From IMG/VR virus record IMGVR_UViG_3300048592_000436, positions 1 to 52,646 of that record: a DNA stretch of 52,646 nt; one strand, 5' to 3'. Origin of the DNA: a virus (Duplodnaviria > Caudoviricetes). Made by a program: the position numbers and the translations under genes. Under the pieces are notes generated by a model. It worked only from the letters and a program-made list of their open reading frames with translations. It was not told the DNA's origin and ran no database searches. Below are positions 6,545 to 15,357 of this stretch, one piece after another. Within the stretch, counting starts at the first letter, position 1. Every line of letters starts with the position of its first letter.

Positions 6545-6894
6545 CGCACCCTCACCAGCAAGCCCATACGATAGGCATTGACGATAGCGGCGGTGCGCAG
6601 GGCGTCCCATTTTGCATCCGCCGGATAGTCGGAAAACTCCGCGACGATCGAGCCGCGAACCTCGTCGGTGATCAGATGCCAGTCGTCGCCATCCTCGCCA
6701 CTGTTCCCGAAAGAACAGACGAGCCAGCCAGAACCGGCGTCCGTCGTTGCGCGCACAGGCATGACGCTCGCCGGGTCCGGGAGCAATTCCAGCGCCTCGT
6801 TTTCCTGCGCCTTCTGGTCGCGGAATGCGCGCCCGGTGCCGAAGCCGGGCATATTGGCTATGGCGGTCAGTCGCTCGCGTTCGGCAGGGGTCAT
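6541..6894 (-). CDS. Hypothetical protein
   Basis: ATGA-coupled on both sides. Confidence 0.75.
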   Translation of the reverse strand: MTPAERERLTAIANMPGFGTGRAFRDQKAQENEALELLPDPASVMPVRATTDAGSGWLVCSFGNSGEDGDDWHLITDEVRGSIVAEFSDYPADAKWDALRTAAIVNAYRMGLLVRVR

Positions 6895-7082
6895 GGCATA
6901 TCCATCGCGATCTTGATGCCTTCCCGATCGGCCCATTCTGCCATGGCGCGGCATTGCGCCTTGGTCCTACCAAAGGTCGTGAAGGCGTAGTTGCCGTCAT
7001 CATCAACGGCGATGATGAGCATTCGCGTGGCGTCGGTTTCGTTCGCCAAGCGCCGGCATTCAGGGATTGAGACGTTTTTCAT
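6891..7082 (-). CDS. Hypothetical protein
   Basis: MKNVSIPECRRLA...; coupled. Confidence 0.7.
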   Translation of the reverse strand: MKNVSIPECRRLANETDATRMLIIAVDDDGNYAFTTFGRTKAQCRAMAEWADREGIKIAMDMP

Positions 7083-7477
7083 GCCTGCACCGCCTTTCCT
7101 GCTGTCACTCGGCCCACGATCTTGACATCTGCCACCACGTCGCCGGGGTGCGCGACGTATCCCGCGTGGATGCGCCTGGCCTTCCCCGGCCGCCCGTTTT
7201 TCAGGACCGACCGATAATGGATGCGCCGCCACCAGCGATCCTTTGACGACCAGTGAATTTCGGTGCCTTCGTAGATGCCGCAATCCCAGCGCCCGATCTG
7301 GATCAGCGTTTCGCCGCGTTTCAGACCAGCCTTGCGAATGGCGATCTTTGCGACGCGGCGGGCCTCCTTGTTGATGCGGGCAAACTCGGCTTCCTGTTTG
7401 GCGTGAAGGGCCTGGATTTGTGCCGATATGCGATCAACCCGGCGCAGGGCGGGGGCAATGTCTTTCATCCGCATCAC
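7079..7477 (-). CDS. Hypothetical protein
   Basis: Coupled ORF; LKNGRPG motif. Confidence 0.7.
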   Translation of the reverse strand: MMRMKDIAPALRRVDRISAQIQALHAKQEAEFARINKEARRVAKIAIRKAGLKRGETLIQIGRWDCGIYEGTEIHWSSKDRWWRRIHYRSVLKNGRPGKARRIHAGYVAHPGDVVADVKIVGRVTAGKAVQA

Positions 7478-7689
7478 TCCATCATCATCCAGCCGCACGC
7501 GCGGCAGTTCAGGTGCAAATGCTTGCGCGGCCCGGCGAGGCGGGCGATAGCGGCGCCCTTCTCATTGCAGTGAGGGCAGCGGCATTTGGCGGCCTTTAGC
7601 CCGCGCGCCTTGAGCTTGTCCTTGATGCCCATGGCGGCGCCCATCTCGGCCATGATCGCGTCCATGTCTGGAATGTCGTCGTCGGTCAT
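7474..7689 (-). CDS. Small zinc-ribbon protein
   Basis: CPHC...HLNCRACG. Confidence 0.75.
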   Translation of the reverse strand: MTDDDIPDMDAIMAEMGAAMGIKDKLKARGLKAAKCRCPHCNEKGAAIARLAGPRKHLHLNCRACGWMMME

Positions 7690-8081
7690 GCGCGTTCCTC
7701 GTATGGGTTAGGTTCCGACCATGGGACATGGTTTTCATCGCCCCAGGCTTGAATGAACGTGATAAGGTCCGCCATCTGGCGCACCGTCATGCGCGACGAA
7801 CGGAACCCGGCGGGAAACGGTCGCCCGTCCAAACCTGGAAGGAACTGAACTTCCCAGCCGCAAGCATTCATGAATATGCACTTCCATTCCTCGGCGGTGT
7901 AGCGCAGGCCCTGCGGCTCGGCCTTGGATACGTCGCCGAGCATGGCCCAGAGGCGGGCGTTCTGCTCCGTGGTCCGCGTCGGCTCGCGCAGGGTGACGAT
8001 CCATCCATCCTGCGCGGCCATGACTTGCTCGCAGGCGTAGCGGCGCTGGGCATGGCCGACAAGGCGGATGGTTTCGGTCAT
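7686..8081 (-). CDS. ninB: NinB/Orf-family recombination protein
   Basis: RTTEQNARLWAMLGDVS...EEWK...RSSRMTVRQMADLITFIQAWG. Confidence 0.9.
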   Translation of the reverse strand: MTETIRLVGHAQRRYACEQVMAAQDGWIVTLREPTRTTEQNARLWAMLGDVSKAEPQGLRYTAEEWKCIFMNACGWEVQFLPGLDGRPFPAGFRSSRMTVRQMADLITFIQAWGDENHVPWSEPNPYEERA

Positions 8082-8713
8082 GCGTCGACGTTCCTTTCCT
8101 CAGCGGTGAAGGTAAGGGCGGCCACCCAATCGTTGCGGTCCCATGCGTCGGGGCCGTGGCTGGCGTTCCAGTAGTCGGCAAACTCCTCGATCAGCCCCTC
8201 GCAGCCCCATGGCCCGGAGGCGTTGCCGCGAATGCCTTCCGCTCGCGCATCGTCCTCGCGGATCTCCTGCACCCTCTGAACCCGTACATCCGTCACGGTC
8301 AGGGTGATCCTAGACGCCCAGCGGGGCATGATGGCGGGGGAGCGCCATGGAATGTTGTCGCGCCATGCGTCGTCGTCGCAGCCCGGCGTGCCGTCAGTCT
8401 TGTAAAACGTTCGCGCCGCAGCGATGGGCTTGCCGTCCCCGTCGAGCAGCCAGCCGTTCGCCCACGTCTCCCGCACCCATATCCGGTCGCCGGGGGCGAA
8501 GGGGAATGACTGCGCACAACGGAACCCGTCCGGGAACGTGCCGGTGTAAATGCGATCCCAATGATCCTGCGTGAAGCCACTTTGCGTCGGACGGGGAATG
8601 TCCCGCCATAAGCCGCCTTCGTCTGGCTGCGGCTTCAGGATCAACCGATGCTGCGTTTTCGTTCCTGCGAGAACCGCGCGGACCTCGGGGCCGGTGAGGG
8701 TGAGGTAGGTCAT
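8078..8713 (-). CDS. ASCH/PUA-like phage protein
   Basis: VRAVLAGTKTQHR, PGDRIWVRETW, WRSPAIMPRWASRITLTVTDVRVQRVQEI. Confidence 0.85.
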   Translation of the reverse strand: MTYLTLTGPEVRAVLAGTKTQHRLILKPQPDEGGLWRDIPRPTQSGFTQDHWDRIYTGTFPDGFRCAQSFPFAPGDRIWVRETWANGWLLDGDGKPIAAARTFYKTDGTPGCDDDAWRDNIPWRSPAIMPRWASRITLTVTDVRVQRVQEIREDDARAEGIRGNASGPWGCEGLIEEFADYWNASHGPDAWDRNDWVAALTFTAEERNVDA

Positions 8714-8714
8714 G

Positions 8715-9401
8715 CTAGAATGCCTCCTTCTCATGCCAGACGCGAACCCCGCCGATCTGCGCGGCCTTGTGGTTCCGCCGGACGTATTCCTCAATGAATG
8801 CGGTGACGGCCTCGCGGTCATTCGCTGCGATCCAGTGCAACGTGGCGCGGTGGTCCTCGATGGCGTAGCGCGTCACGGTGCGCAGGCCCTTCACGGTGTC
8901 TTTGGACGCGGCGGCGGCTTTTGCCAGCGCTTCCTCGGCTTCCCGCTGCGCGTCGGCTGCGGCGCGCTGCGCGTCGATGTTGGCAGCGTCGGCAGCCATG
9001 GCCGCTTCCCGTGCGGCGCGCATGGCAGCCTCGGCCTCGGCTCGGGCCTTGCGCTCGGCTTCCGCTTTCTCGGCTGCCAGTTTGCGCTTGAATGCGTCGA
9101 GGATAGCGAGCAGCCCCTTGCGGATGCGCTCCAAGTCCTCGCGCGTCGGGGCAAACCGCGCCTTGGCAGCCTTCCATGCGTCGTAATAGGGCTTGGCCTC
9201 GCTGTCCTCGGCGGTGGCAACAGCCTTCTCGGCGGCCTTGATGCCCTTGAGCAGGGCATCAACCGCCTTCATCTGGCCCTCGTTCTCGACGGCAGTTCCG
9301 TCTAGCCAAGTCTCGGCCTCGGAGATCACGTCGCCATAAGGGGCGAGGGCGTCGTCTAGCGGATCGGGCGGGTTATTGTGGCCCTTGGCGGCAAGCGTCA
9401 T
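8715..9401 (-). CDS. Coiled-coil protein with GHNNPP N-terminus (recombination-module associated)
   Basis: GHNNPP motif, long Ala/Glu/Lys coiled coil; adjacent to the SSAP gene. Confidence 0.8.
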   Translation of the reverse strand: MTLAAKGHNNPPDPLDDALAPYGDVISEAETWLDGTAVENEGQMKAVDALLKGIKAAEKAVATAEDSEAKPYYDAWKAAKARFAPTREDLERIRKGLLAILDAFKRKLAAEKAEAERKARAEAEAAMRAAREAAMAADAANIDAQRAAADAQREAEEALAKAAAASKDTVKGLRTVTRYAIEDHRATLHWIAANDREAVTAFIEEYVRRNHKAAQIGGVRVWHEKEAF

Positions 9402-9411
9402 CGTCATCTCC

Positions 9412-10152
9412 CTAATAGGGTATGTCATCGCCGAGAATTTCCTTGAACTCTGCCTTGCGCCGATCCTTGGCCTTGATAACGCCGGGCGTCGCCTTGACGC
9501 TTGTTGGCAGGTCGGCCCATATCGCGGCGAGAGCGGCGAGGTTGTCCGTCGCGTTCAGCGCGTTGATCGCGTGCTCTGTCGGGATGGGCGCCGTGGTTTC
9601 GAGCGGCTCCCGCGCGGCCTTGTGATCCGGCGCTGGCGTCGGGTCAGTTACGGCCTTGTCCGTCTCTTCGTCGTGCGCCGGCCCGTGAAGGTCGCCCTTG
9701 TGCCAGAGGTCGAGCGCCGCGCCGAAGCGCATCGCGGCATTCCGCAGCGCGTCGCCGATGCATTCCTTGATCGCGTCGCCGCCGGTCTTGCCGTCCGGGT
9801 GCCCATAGCCAAGGCGCGTCTGCCCGCAGACGGTTAGCTTGATCCACATGCCGCCATTCGCATCGAAAGCCGGGGTGCCGTCCTCGCGTGTGGCGACGGG
9901 CTCCCAGTTCCACGCAAGATCGCAATCAAGCAGCCGATCAGTCAGGGCGGCATGGCCAACATAGTCCAGATGAACCGCGTCCGGGTGATGCCACTGGCCG
10001 CAAAGCTGGCAGCGAATGCCTTTCTTGAAGTCGGCGCGGACCTCGTCGGTTTGCCGCTTCGTCGCCTTGGGCAGCTTGGAAATCTGGTTAGCCGGGAATG
10101 GCTCGCGCAGAAGCGCAAGGCCAGTCGGCTTTGTGGGCGCCTTGTCGGTCAT
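9412..10152 (-). CDS. Rad52/Rad22 (Sak-like) single-strand annealing protein
   Basis: LDYVGHAALTDRL...WNWEP...WIKLTVCGQTRLGYG...KECIGDALRNAAMRFGAALDLW. Confidence 0.88.
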   Translation of the reverse strand: MTDKAPTKPTGLALLREPFPANQISKLPKATKRQTDEVRADFKKGIRCQLCGQWHHPDAVHLDYVGHAALTDRLLDCDLAWNWEPVATREDGTPAFDANGGMWIKLTVCGQTRLGYGHPDGKTGGDAIKECIGDALRNAAMRFGAALDLWHKGDLHGPAHDEETDKAVTDPTPAPDHKAAREPLETTAPIPTEHAINALNATDNLAALAAIWADLPTSVKATPGVIKAKDRRKAEFKEILGDDIPY

Positions 10153-10325
10153 TCCCCTTCCTCCAGCTTTGCGAGGGCGGCGCGGATGCGAACGATGGAC
10201 ACAAAGGTGTCGTCGGCAGCGGCAGAGCCGGCCTGTCGCCGCATCTCCAGCCAATTTGAGCCCGTCACCAGCGCCCACGTCAGCGCCTCGATCAGTTCCT
10301 CGCGGGTGAGATCGACGGGGGTCAT
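10149..10325 (-). CDS. Hypothetical protein (58 aa)
   Basis: MTPVDLTREELIEAL...IRAALAKLE; ATGA-coupled; absent from the ORF track. Confidence 0.6.
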   Translation of the reverse strand: MTPVDLTREELIEALTWALVTGSNWLEMRRQAGSAAADDTFVSIVRIRAALAKLEEGE

Positions 10326-10404
10326 TCGGTCGGCTCCTTGACGTTGGCGCGAAGGCGATCAAGAGCGGCCGTGACGGCGCGGAGAAGGCCGGGGTTGATG
10401 CAGT

Positions 10405-10641
10405 TCATCCCAGCAACTCCTTGATCCGGGCACAGAGGATTGCTTCTTCGTTACCCTCGGGCCGACCGTGTTCTCCGGCGTCGATTTCGGCGCGCCTCTC
10501 AAAGTATTCCTCACACTGGCCGAGGACTTCTTCCATTTCGGCAATAAGGCGTACCGCCTCGCGAAGGAGGCGCTCCGACGTTAACCGTCCGCTTGCAGAC
10601 AAAGCGAATGCGAGGCCGGACAATTCGGATTTGAGCCCCAT
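10405..10641 (-). CDS. Hypothetical protein
   Basis: Coupled ORF in the leftward operon. Confidence 0.65.
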   Translation of the reverse strand: MGLKSELSGLAFALSASGRLTSERLLREAVRLIAEMEEVLGQCEEYFERRAEIDAGEHGRPEGNEEAILCARIKELLG

Positions 10642-10889
10642 CACAGCGCTCCTGCCGGCCACGTCCGCGAGGGCCCGCTGGTGTGCGCTTCCTCATACTC
10701 ACGGTCCCGCAGTTCGTTGATGACGGACCATGTTGCATCCGTGCAGGACTTGGCGGACGGGTCGCATTTCCAGACCTGAGCCGGATTGCGCTCGGTCTCC
10801 TGACACATGTCGACGCACTCGGACACGGTATCGCAGTGATACCATTCGACGGGGTAGCCTTCGAGGTTTAGCAGGAAATACATTGTCAT
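10641..10889 (-). CDS. Hypothetical protein, first gene of the leftward operon
   Basis: GCAAAGGGAG RBS behind a promoter related to the 65-bp repeat. Confidence 0.75.
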   Translation of the reverse strand: MTMYFLLNLEGYPVEWYHCDTVSECVDMCQETERNPAQVWKCDPSAKSCTDATWSVINELRDREYEEAHTSGPSRTWPAGAL

Positions 10890-11007
10890 TCTCCCTTTGC
10901 TCCCCCGCACATTAAACCGCTCGGCGTACCCGGCGCAAGCGAAAAATGCGCACGCCGGCAAAAAATATCGCTTGACGCCCGATAGCCGCCCGGTTTACCA
11001 ATGACGC
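10890..11007. promoter_or_regulatory. Divergent promoter/operator region
   Basis: Leftward TTGCGC -35 and rightward TTGACG -35; three operator-like CCG-N2-CGG sites at 10913-10928, 10947-10962 (degenerate left half) and 10982-10997. Confidence 0.7.
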
Positions 11008-11244
11008 ATGGCACACGAAAGACCCTTCCAGGAACAAGGCGCCCGGCTCAAGGCGATGCTTCGCGAGCGGCGCATCAAGGCCAACGATCTGGCCGCTCAG
11101 GCCGGCATTCACCACGGCTCGATAAGCCGCTACGTCGGCGGTTTCCGGCGCCCGGATGCCGAGCACGCGATCAGGATTGCGGAGGCGCTGGGCATCTCGC
11201 CGGCAGAGCTTCGGCCTGATCTGGCGGAGGCGTTCAGGAAATGA
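11008..11244 (+). CDS. Cro/XRE-family HTH regulator
   Basis: LAAQAGIHHGSISRYVGGFRRPDAEHAIRIAEALGISPAELRPDL. Confidence 0.9.
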   Translation: MAHERPFQEQGARLKAMLRERRIKANDLAAQAGIHHGSISRYVGGFRRPDAEHAIRIAEALGISPAELRPDLAEAFRK

Positions 11245-11250
11245 CGAGAC

Positions 11251-11468
11251 CTGCCGAGGCATCGAGGCGACCTGTCCTCCCTCTGCCCGCCTCGGCAGTT
11301 ACTACCGGGACCGCGTTTGATGGTTGCGCGTCATGTTCACACACATCGACTGCCCCCGTCTCGACCGGCGCGGTCCCGGTTTTTCCCATTCCCATCCCGT
11401 GCTGGCGCCTCCCTCGCCGCCGGGTCAGCCGCCGCCGGGCGCTCCCCCGTCACATGCCCGGCGGCGGC
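11251..11468 (+). ncRNA. Structured intergenic RNA: three hairpins, with CCTCCC/CTCCCC-type C-rich stretches
   Basis: Inverted repeats 11251-60/11289-98, 11304-15/11369-80 (followed by a T-run), 11428-40/11456-68. Confidence 0.5.
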
Positions 11469-11490
11469 GTTAATTCCTGAGGGCAAGCCA

Positions 11491-12147
11491 ATGACGCCGA
11501 TCACCAGCCTATCCCCCCGTATGCGCCCCATGTCCGACGCTGAGCGCGCAGCGGATGAGCGCGACGCGGCGCTGATCGAGGCCGCCCTGCGCAAGGTCCG
11601 TATCACCGCAGCCCAGCGCCGGGAGATGGACAAGGCCCACGCCGATGGCAAGCCGTACAAGGTCGGCGTGCTCACGATCTGCCCGCCAAAGGCATACAGC
11701 CCCGGCGCATGGGACATTACCCCGCTCCGCCAGCAGATCAAGGAAGAACACGCGGCCAGGAACCGCAAGCGCCCGGCGCACCTACGGGCCGAGGCGCGGC
11801 GGGGTTACGTCAAGAAGTTCCTCGATGGCAATTGGACCGGCCCGGAGATTATCGAAAAGGTCAAGGTCTACCACGAGATAAACATGGACATCCTGCATCG
11901 GGACATAAAGACACTGCGCGCGGAAGGCTTCGACGCCAAGCTGTCCAAGAGGCGCGGTCAGAAACCGATCGATCCCGTCATGGCGAAGCGGAACGCGGCA
12001 CTCCGGCGACTGTGCGACGGCACGCGATCCTATGACGAAATCGCCGCCATGCTCAAGCTGTCCGATGCCGTCGTCCGCTCGGCGGTCAAGCGACTGCGGG
12101 TGCGGGATCGGCGGCCGTACAAAGTGCTGGGGTCACCGGATGTATAG
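11491..12147 (+). CDS. HTH DNA-binding protein
   Basis: C-terminal SYDEIAAMLKLSDAVVRSAVKRLR HTH; a second HTH-like segment centrally. Confidence 0.75.
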   Translation: MTPITSLSPRMRPMSDAERAADERDAALIEAALRKVRITAAQRREMDKAHADGKPYKVGVLTICPPKAYSPGAWDITPLRQQIKEEHAARNRKRPAHLRAEARRGYVKKFLDGNWTGPEIIEKVKVYHEINMDILHRDIKTLRAEGFDAKLSKRRGQKPIDPVMAKRNAALRRLCDGTRSYDEIAAMLKLSDAVVRSAVKRLRVRDRRPYKVLGSPDV

Positions 12148-12361
12148 CGACCTGCGCGAGCGCGAGATGGCTGCCCTCACGGCGCTGGCGCATGGCGACT
12201 GGCATTTGCCAGAGACGCCCGCGATGGCCCGCAAGATGGCCGAGTTGACCGCCATGGGCCTTGCTGAGGGCGGGAAAGGGCCGCGGCGCCATCGCCGCAG
12301 GCGCGCGGTCTACCGGATCACGGAATATGGCGCGAAGCATCTGGAGGGCGCAGAGCCATGA
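12140..12361 (+). CDS. Small winged-helix-like protein
   Basis: LTAMGLAE...YRITEYG motif; coupled. Confidence 0.65.
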   Translation: MYSDLREREMAALTALAHGDWHLPETPAMARKMAELTAMGLAEGGKGPRRHRRRRAVYRITEYGAKHLEGAEP

Positions 12362-13029
12362 CCCCCTCCGAGCGCATGGCCGCCGCATCCCTCGCCGTTG
12401 GCGTGGTCATGGGCTGGGATGCGCTCTGGGCTTCGGAGCCGTGTCGGCTGGCGCTGTCCCTCGGCCTCGATAGCTCGCAGAGCGTCGATGCAACGGAATG
12501 GCGCTTGCAGGTTGAGGGCGTGGCGGCGGCCTTGCGCGACGACTGGCTTGCGGAAAAGTTGGTCGCGGCCCGGATGAAGCTGCACGTCTACGAATGGTCC
12601 CATGCCCAGTGGGTGATCCTGCCCGCGACGGCGATCGAAAGCCGCGCCGACCTCGAGCGCGCCGCGACGGCGGTCCTGCGGCACACGCGGCGAGGCAATG
12701 CCGGGACCGGGACGGGCGCGGCGATCCTGTTCGGCGCCCAGGCCATCGCCGAGGCGGGGTGCTGGGAAGGCGTGCTGGACATATCCGGCGATGAGGACCA
12801 GAGCCTGAACCCCGGTCCGCGCGCGGCACGCGAGGCGATTGACCCCGAGATCACGATCAACGGGCTTGTCGTCGGAGCGCCTGAGCATGTCATCACTTGG
12901 TATCAGGAAAACGTCATCCAAGGCCCCTTTGCGTTCGTGGAATATGCCGAGGACTTCACGCAATTTGCCGAGGCGATGAGGCGGAAGATGGCGCGGGAAG
13001 TCGCGGCGGCGGTGGCGAAAACCCCTTGA
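12358..13029 (+). CDS. DUF1194 / vWA-domain protein
   Basis: CRLALSLGLDSSQSVD (DxSxS), LDISGD, ITINGL, YQENVIQGPFAFV...MRRKMAREVA. Confidence 0.85.
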   Translation: MTPSERMAAASLAVGVVMGWDALWASEPCRLALSLGLDSSQSVDATEWRLQVEGVAAALRDDWLAEKLVAARMKLHVYEWSHAQWVILPATAIESRADLERAATAVLRHTRRGNAGTGTGAAILFGAQAIAEAGCWEGVLDISGDEDQSLNPGPRAAREAIDPEITINGLVVGAPEHVITWYQENVIQGPFAFVEYAEDFTQFAEAMRRKMAREVAAAVAKTP

Positions 13030-13053
13030 CATAATGCGCCGTCCGGCTAAGGT
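13026..13053 (+). promoter_or_regulatory. Promoter TTGACA-N16-TAAGGT with operator TGCGCCG-TC-CGGCTAA
   Basis: Consensus -35; operator between the hexamers; GGAGGAG RBS downstream. Confidence 0.65.
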
Positions 13054-13082
13054 GGCGCATGTGCAAAAGCGGGGAGGAGCTT

Positions 13083-14477
13083 ATGTCTTTCGACTATCAG
13101 CAATATCGCGACTTCATTTCCAGCAAGGGAGCTGCGGTCAAGGCCGTTGGCTTTGATCCGTCGAAGGACTGGCCGTCGCTTTTCGAGCATCAGCGCAGGA
13201 CACTGCAATTTGCCTGCGAGAAGGGCCGAGCGGCGGCGTTTCTGGATACCGGCCTCGGCAAGTCTCGCGTCGAGGCGGCCTTTGCCGAAGAGGCCCGGAC
13301 AAAGAGCAACCGCCCGACGCTGATCCTGACCCCGCTTGCCGTCGCCCGCCAAATGCAGCGCGAATGCGAGGCGGTCGGCGTAGAGGCGCGGGTGATCCGC
13401 GAGGATGCCGAAGTGTGGGCTGGCGTCAACATCGCCAATTACGAGCGCGTGCCGAAACTGGACCTATCCCGGTTTGGCGGGGTGGTTCTGGACGAAAGCA
13501 GTATCCTCAAGAGCTTCACCGGACCGACAAAGCGGATGCTTGTCGATGCGTTCAAGGATACGCCGTATCGGCTGGCAGCGACAGCTACGCCTGCGCCGAA
13601 CGATCATATGGAGATCGGGCAGCACTCGGAATTCCTCGGCGTCATGCCGGGGCCGGAGATGTTGTCACGGTGGTTCATTTCGGATCAGACGACAATGGGC
13701 GGCTATCGGCTAAAGGGGCACGCGGTCACTCCGTTTTGGGAGTGGGTTGCCTCGTGGGCGCGAGCCGCAAGTATGCCGAGCGATCTGGGCGGCGTCGATG
13801 ACGGATTCCGGCTCCCTCCGCTTCGGTATGTGCTGCATCAGGTTGCGGCCGATCTGTGCATTGATACGCAAGGCTTGCTCTTCCGTGTGCCGGATCAGTC
13901 GGCTACTTCTCTGCATCACGAAAAGCGCATAACCCTAGCCGAACGCGTCGGATTGGCAGCAGAGATCGCCAATCGAGAATCCGGCGCGGTGGTCGTGTGG
14001 TGCGAAACAAACGCTGAAAGCGCGGCTCTCGCCAAGGCGATCCCGGACGCGATCGAGGTGCACGGCAGCATGTCGCCAGAGGCGAAAGAGGCCGCTCTTG
14101 ATGCGTTTACCTTTGGCGAGCGCCGGGTGATCGTTACCAAGCCGAAGCTTGCCGGGTTCGGCCTGAACTGGCAACATGCCCGGACGGTCGTGTTCTCGTC
14201 AATCTCGCATTCCTATGAGCAGCACTATCAGGCCGTCCGGCGTCTCTGGCGCTACGGCCAGAAGGAAGAAGTGACCGCCCACATCGTTATTGCCGACACG
14301 GAGCGGCCAATTTGGGCGAACGTCCGGCGCAAAGCCGAAGATCACGAGCGTATGAAGAGGGCAATGACGCGGGCCATGGTGACGGCGCAGAAGGAAGCCG
14401 AGCTTCGCGTAAAGTACACTCGGCCGCCAGCTATAACCTTGCCAAGCTTCATGAGGGAGAAGACAGATGCAGCCTGA
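13083..14477 (+). CDS. SNF2-like SF2 helicase
   Basis: FLDTGLGKS, VLDESSILK, TATPAPND, GFGLNWQ, QAVRRLWRYGQ. Confidence 0.92.
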   Translation: MSFDYQQYRDFISSKGAAVKAVGFDPSKDWPSLFEHQRRTLQFACEKGRAAAFLDTGLGKSRVEAAFAEEARTKSNRPTLILTPLAVARQMQRECEAVGVEARVIREDAEVWAGVNIANYERVPKLDLSRFGGVVLDESSILKSFTGPTKRMLVDAFKDTPYRLAATATPAPNDHMEIGQHSEFLGVMPGPEMLSRWFISDQTTMGGYRLKGHAVTPFWEWVASWARAASMPSDLGGVDDGFRLPPLRYVLHQVAADLCIDTQGLLFRVPDQSATSLHHEKRITLAERVGLAAEIANRESGAVVVWCETNAESAALAKAIPDAIEVHGSMSPEAKEAALDAFTFGERRVIVTKPKLAGFGLNWQHARTVVFSSISHSYEQHYQAVRRLWRYGQKEEVTAHIVIADTERPIWANVRRKAEDHERMKRAMTRAMVTAQKEAELRVKYTRPPAITLPSFMREKTDAA

Positions 14478-15357
14478 TTACGAAGGAGCCAACTGGGGGC
14501 TATATAACGCCGATTGCGTCGAAGTGCTGGCCGGGATGCCGGATGACTGCATCGACGTGGCGGTTTTTTCGTCGCCGTTTTCGTCGCTCTATATTTACAG
14601 CGACAGCGAGCGAGACATGGGAAATTCCGGGTCGCATGACGAGTTCCTGGAGCATCATGCATATATGGCTCGTGAACTGTTCAGGGCCATGAAGCCGGGT
14701 GCCGTGATCTGCGACCATGTAAAGGATACGGTTTTCTACCAAAATTCGAGCGACACCGGAGAGGGCGGACTGTTCCCGTTCTCAGATGAAGCCTCTCGGA
14801 ACTATCGGGCAGCTGGTTTCTGCCTTCGCGCTCGCGTGACCGTGTGGCGTGACCCGGTTCGCGAAATGCAGAAGACCAAACATGAAAGATTGCTTTACAA
14901 GAACATCCGGGGCAACTCTCGCGTATCCGCGATGGGAATGCCTGAATATATCCTTGTGATGCGCAAGGAGTCGAAGGGGATCAATGTCGGCGAGCCGGTG
15001 ACCCACACGCGCGAGGATTTCCCGCTTGACCAGTGGCAGGAATGGGCTTCGCCAGTGTGGATGAACACTCAACAGACGAAGGTTCTTAACGCTCGGTTCA
15101 AAGCCGGTGGCGACGAAAAGCACATCTGCCCGATGCCGCTGGACCTGATCGAACGCTGCCTGACCCTCTACAGCAACCCCGGCGATCTGGTGCTTGACCC
15201 GTTCAACGGCATCGGCTCGACTGGCTATCAGGCCCTGAAGATGGGCCGGAAATACCTCGGCGTCGAGCTTAAGCCAGAATATGCGCGGCAGGCCGACAAG
15301 TTCCTGAAGGAAGCCGAGGCGTCCCGTTTCACGCTGTTCGATATGGCCGCCGAATGA
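14467..15357 (+). CDS. N4/N6 DNA methyltransferase (beta arrangement)
   Basis: Motif IV-like FSSPF precedes motif I VLDPFNGIGSTG; KHICP. Confidence 0.92.
   Translation: MQPDYEGANWGLYNADCVEVLAGMPDDCIDVAVFSSPFSSLYIYSDSERDMGNSGSHDEFLEHHAYMARELFRAMKPGAVICDHVKDTVFYQNSSDTGEGGLFPFSDEASRNYRAAGFCLRARVTVWRDPVREMQKTKHERLLYKNIRGNSRVSAMGMPEYILVMRKESKGINVGEPVTHTREDFPLDQWQEWASPVWMNTQQTKVLNARFKAGGDEKHICPMPLDLIERCLTLYSNPGDLVLDPFNGIGSTGYQALKMGRKYLGVELKPEYARQADKFLKEAEASRFTLFDMAAE

Noticed and set aside
13083-15357. Complete restriction-modification, DISARM or BREX system
   Set aside because: No nuclease or other system components adjacent; context is a phage middle operon
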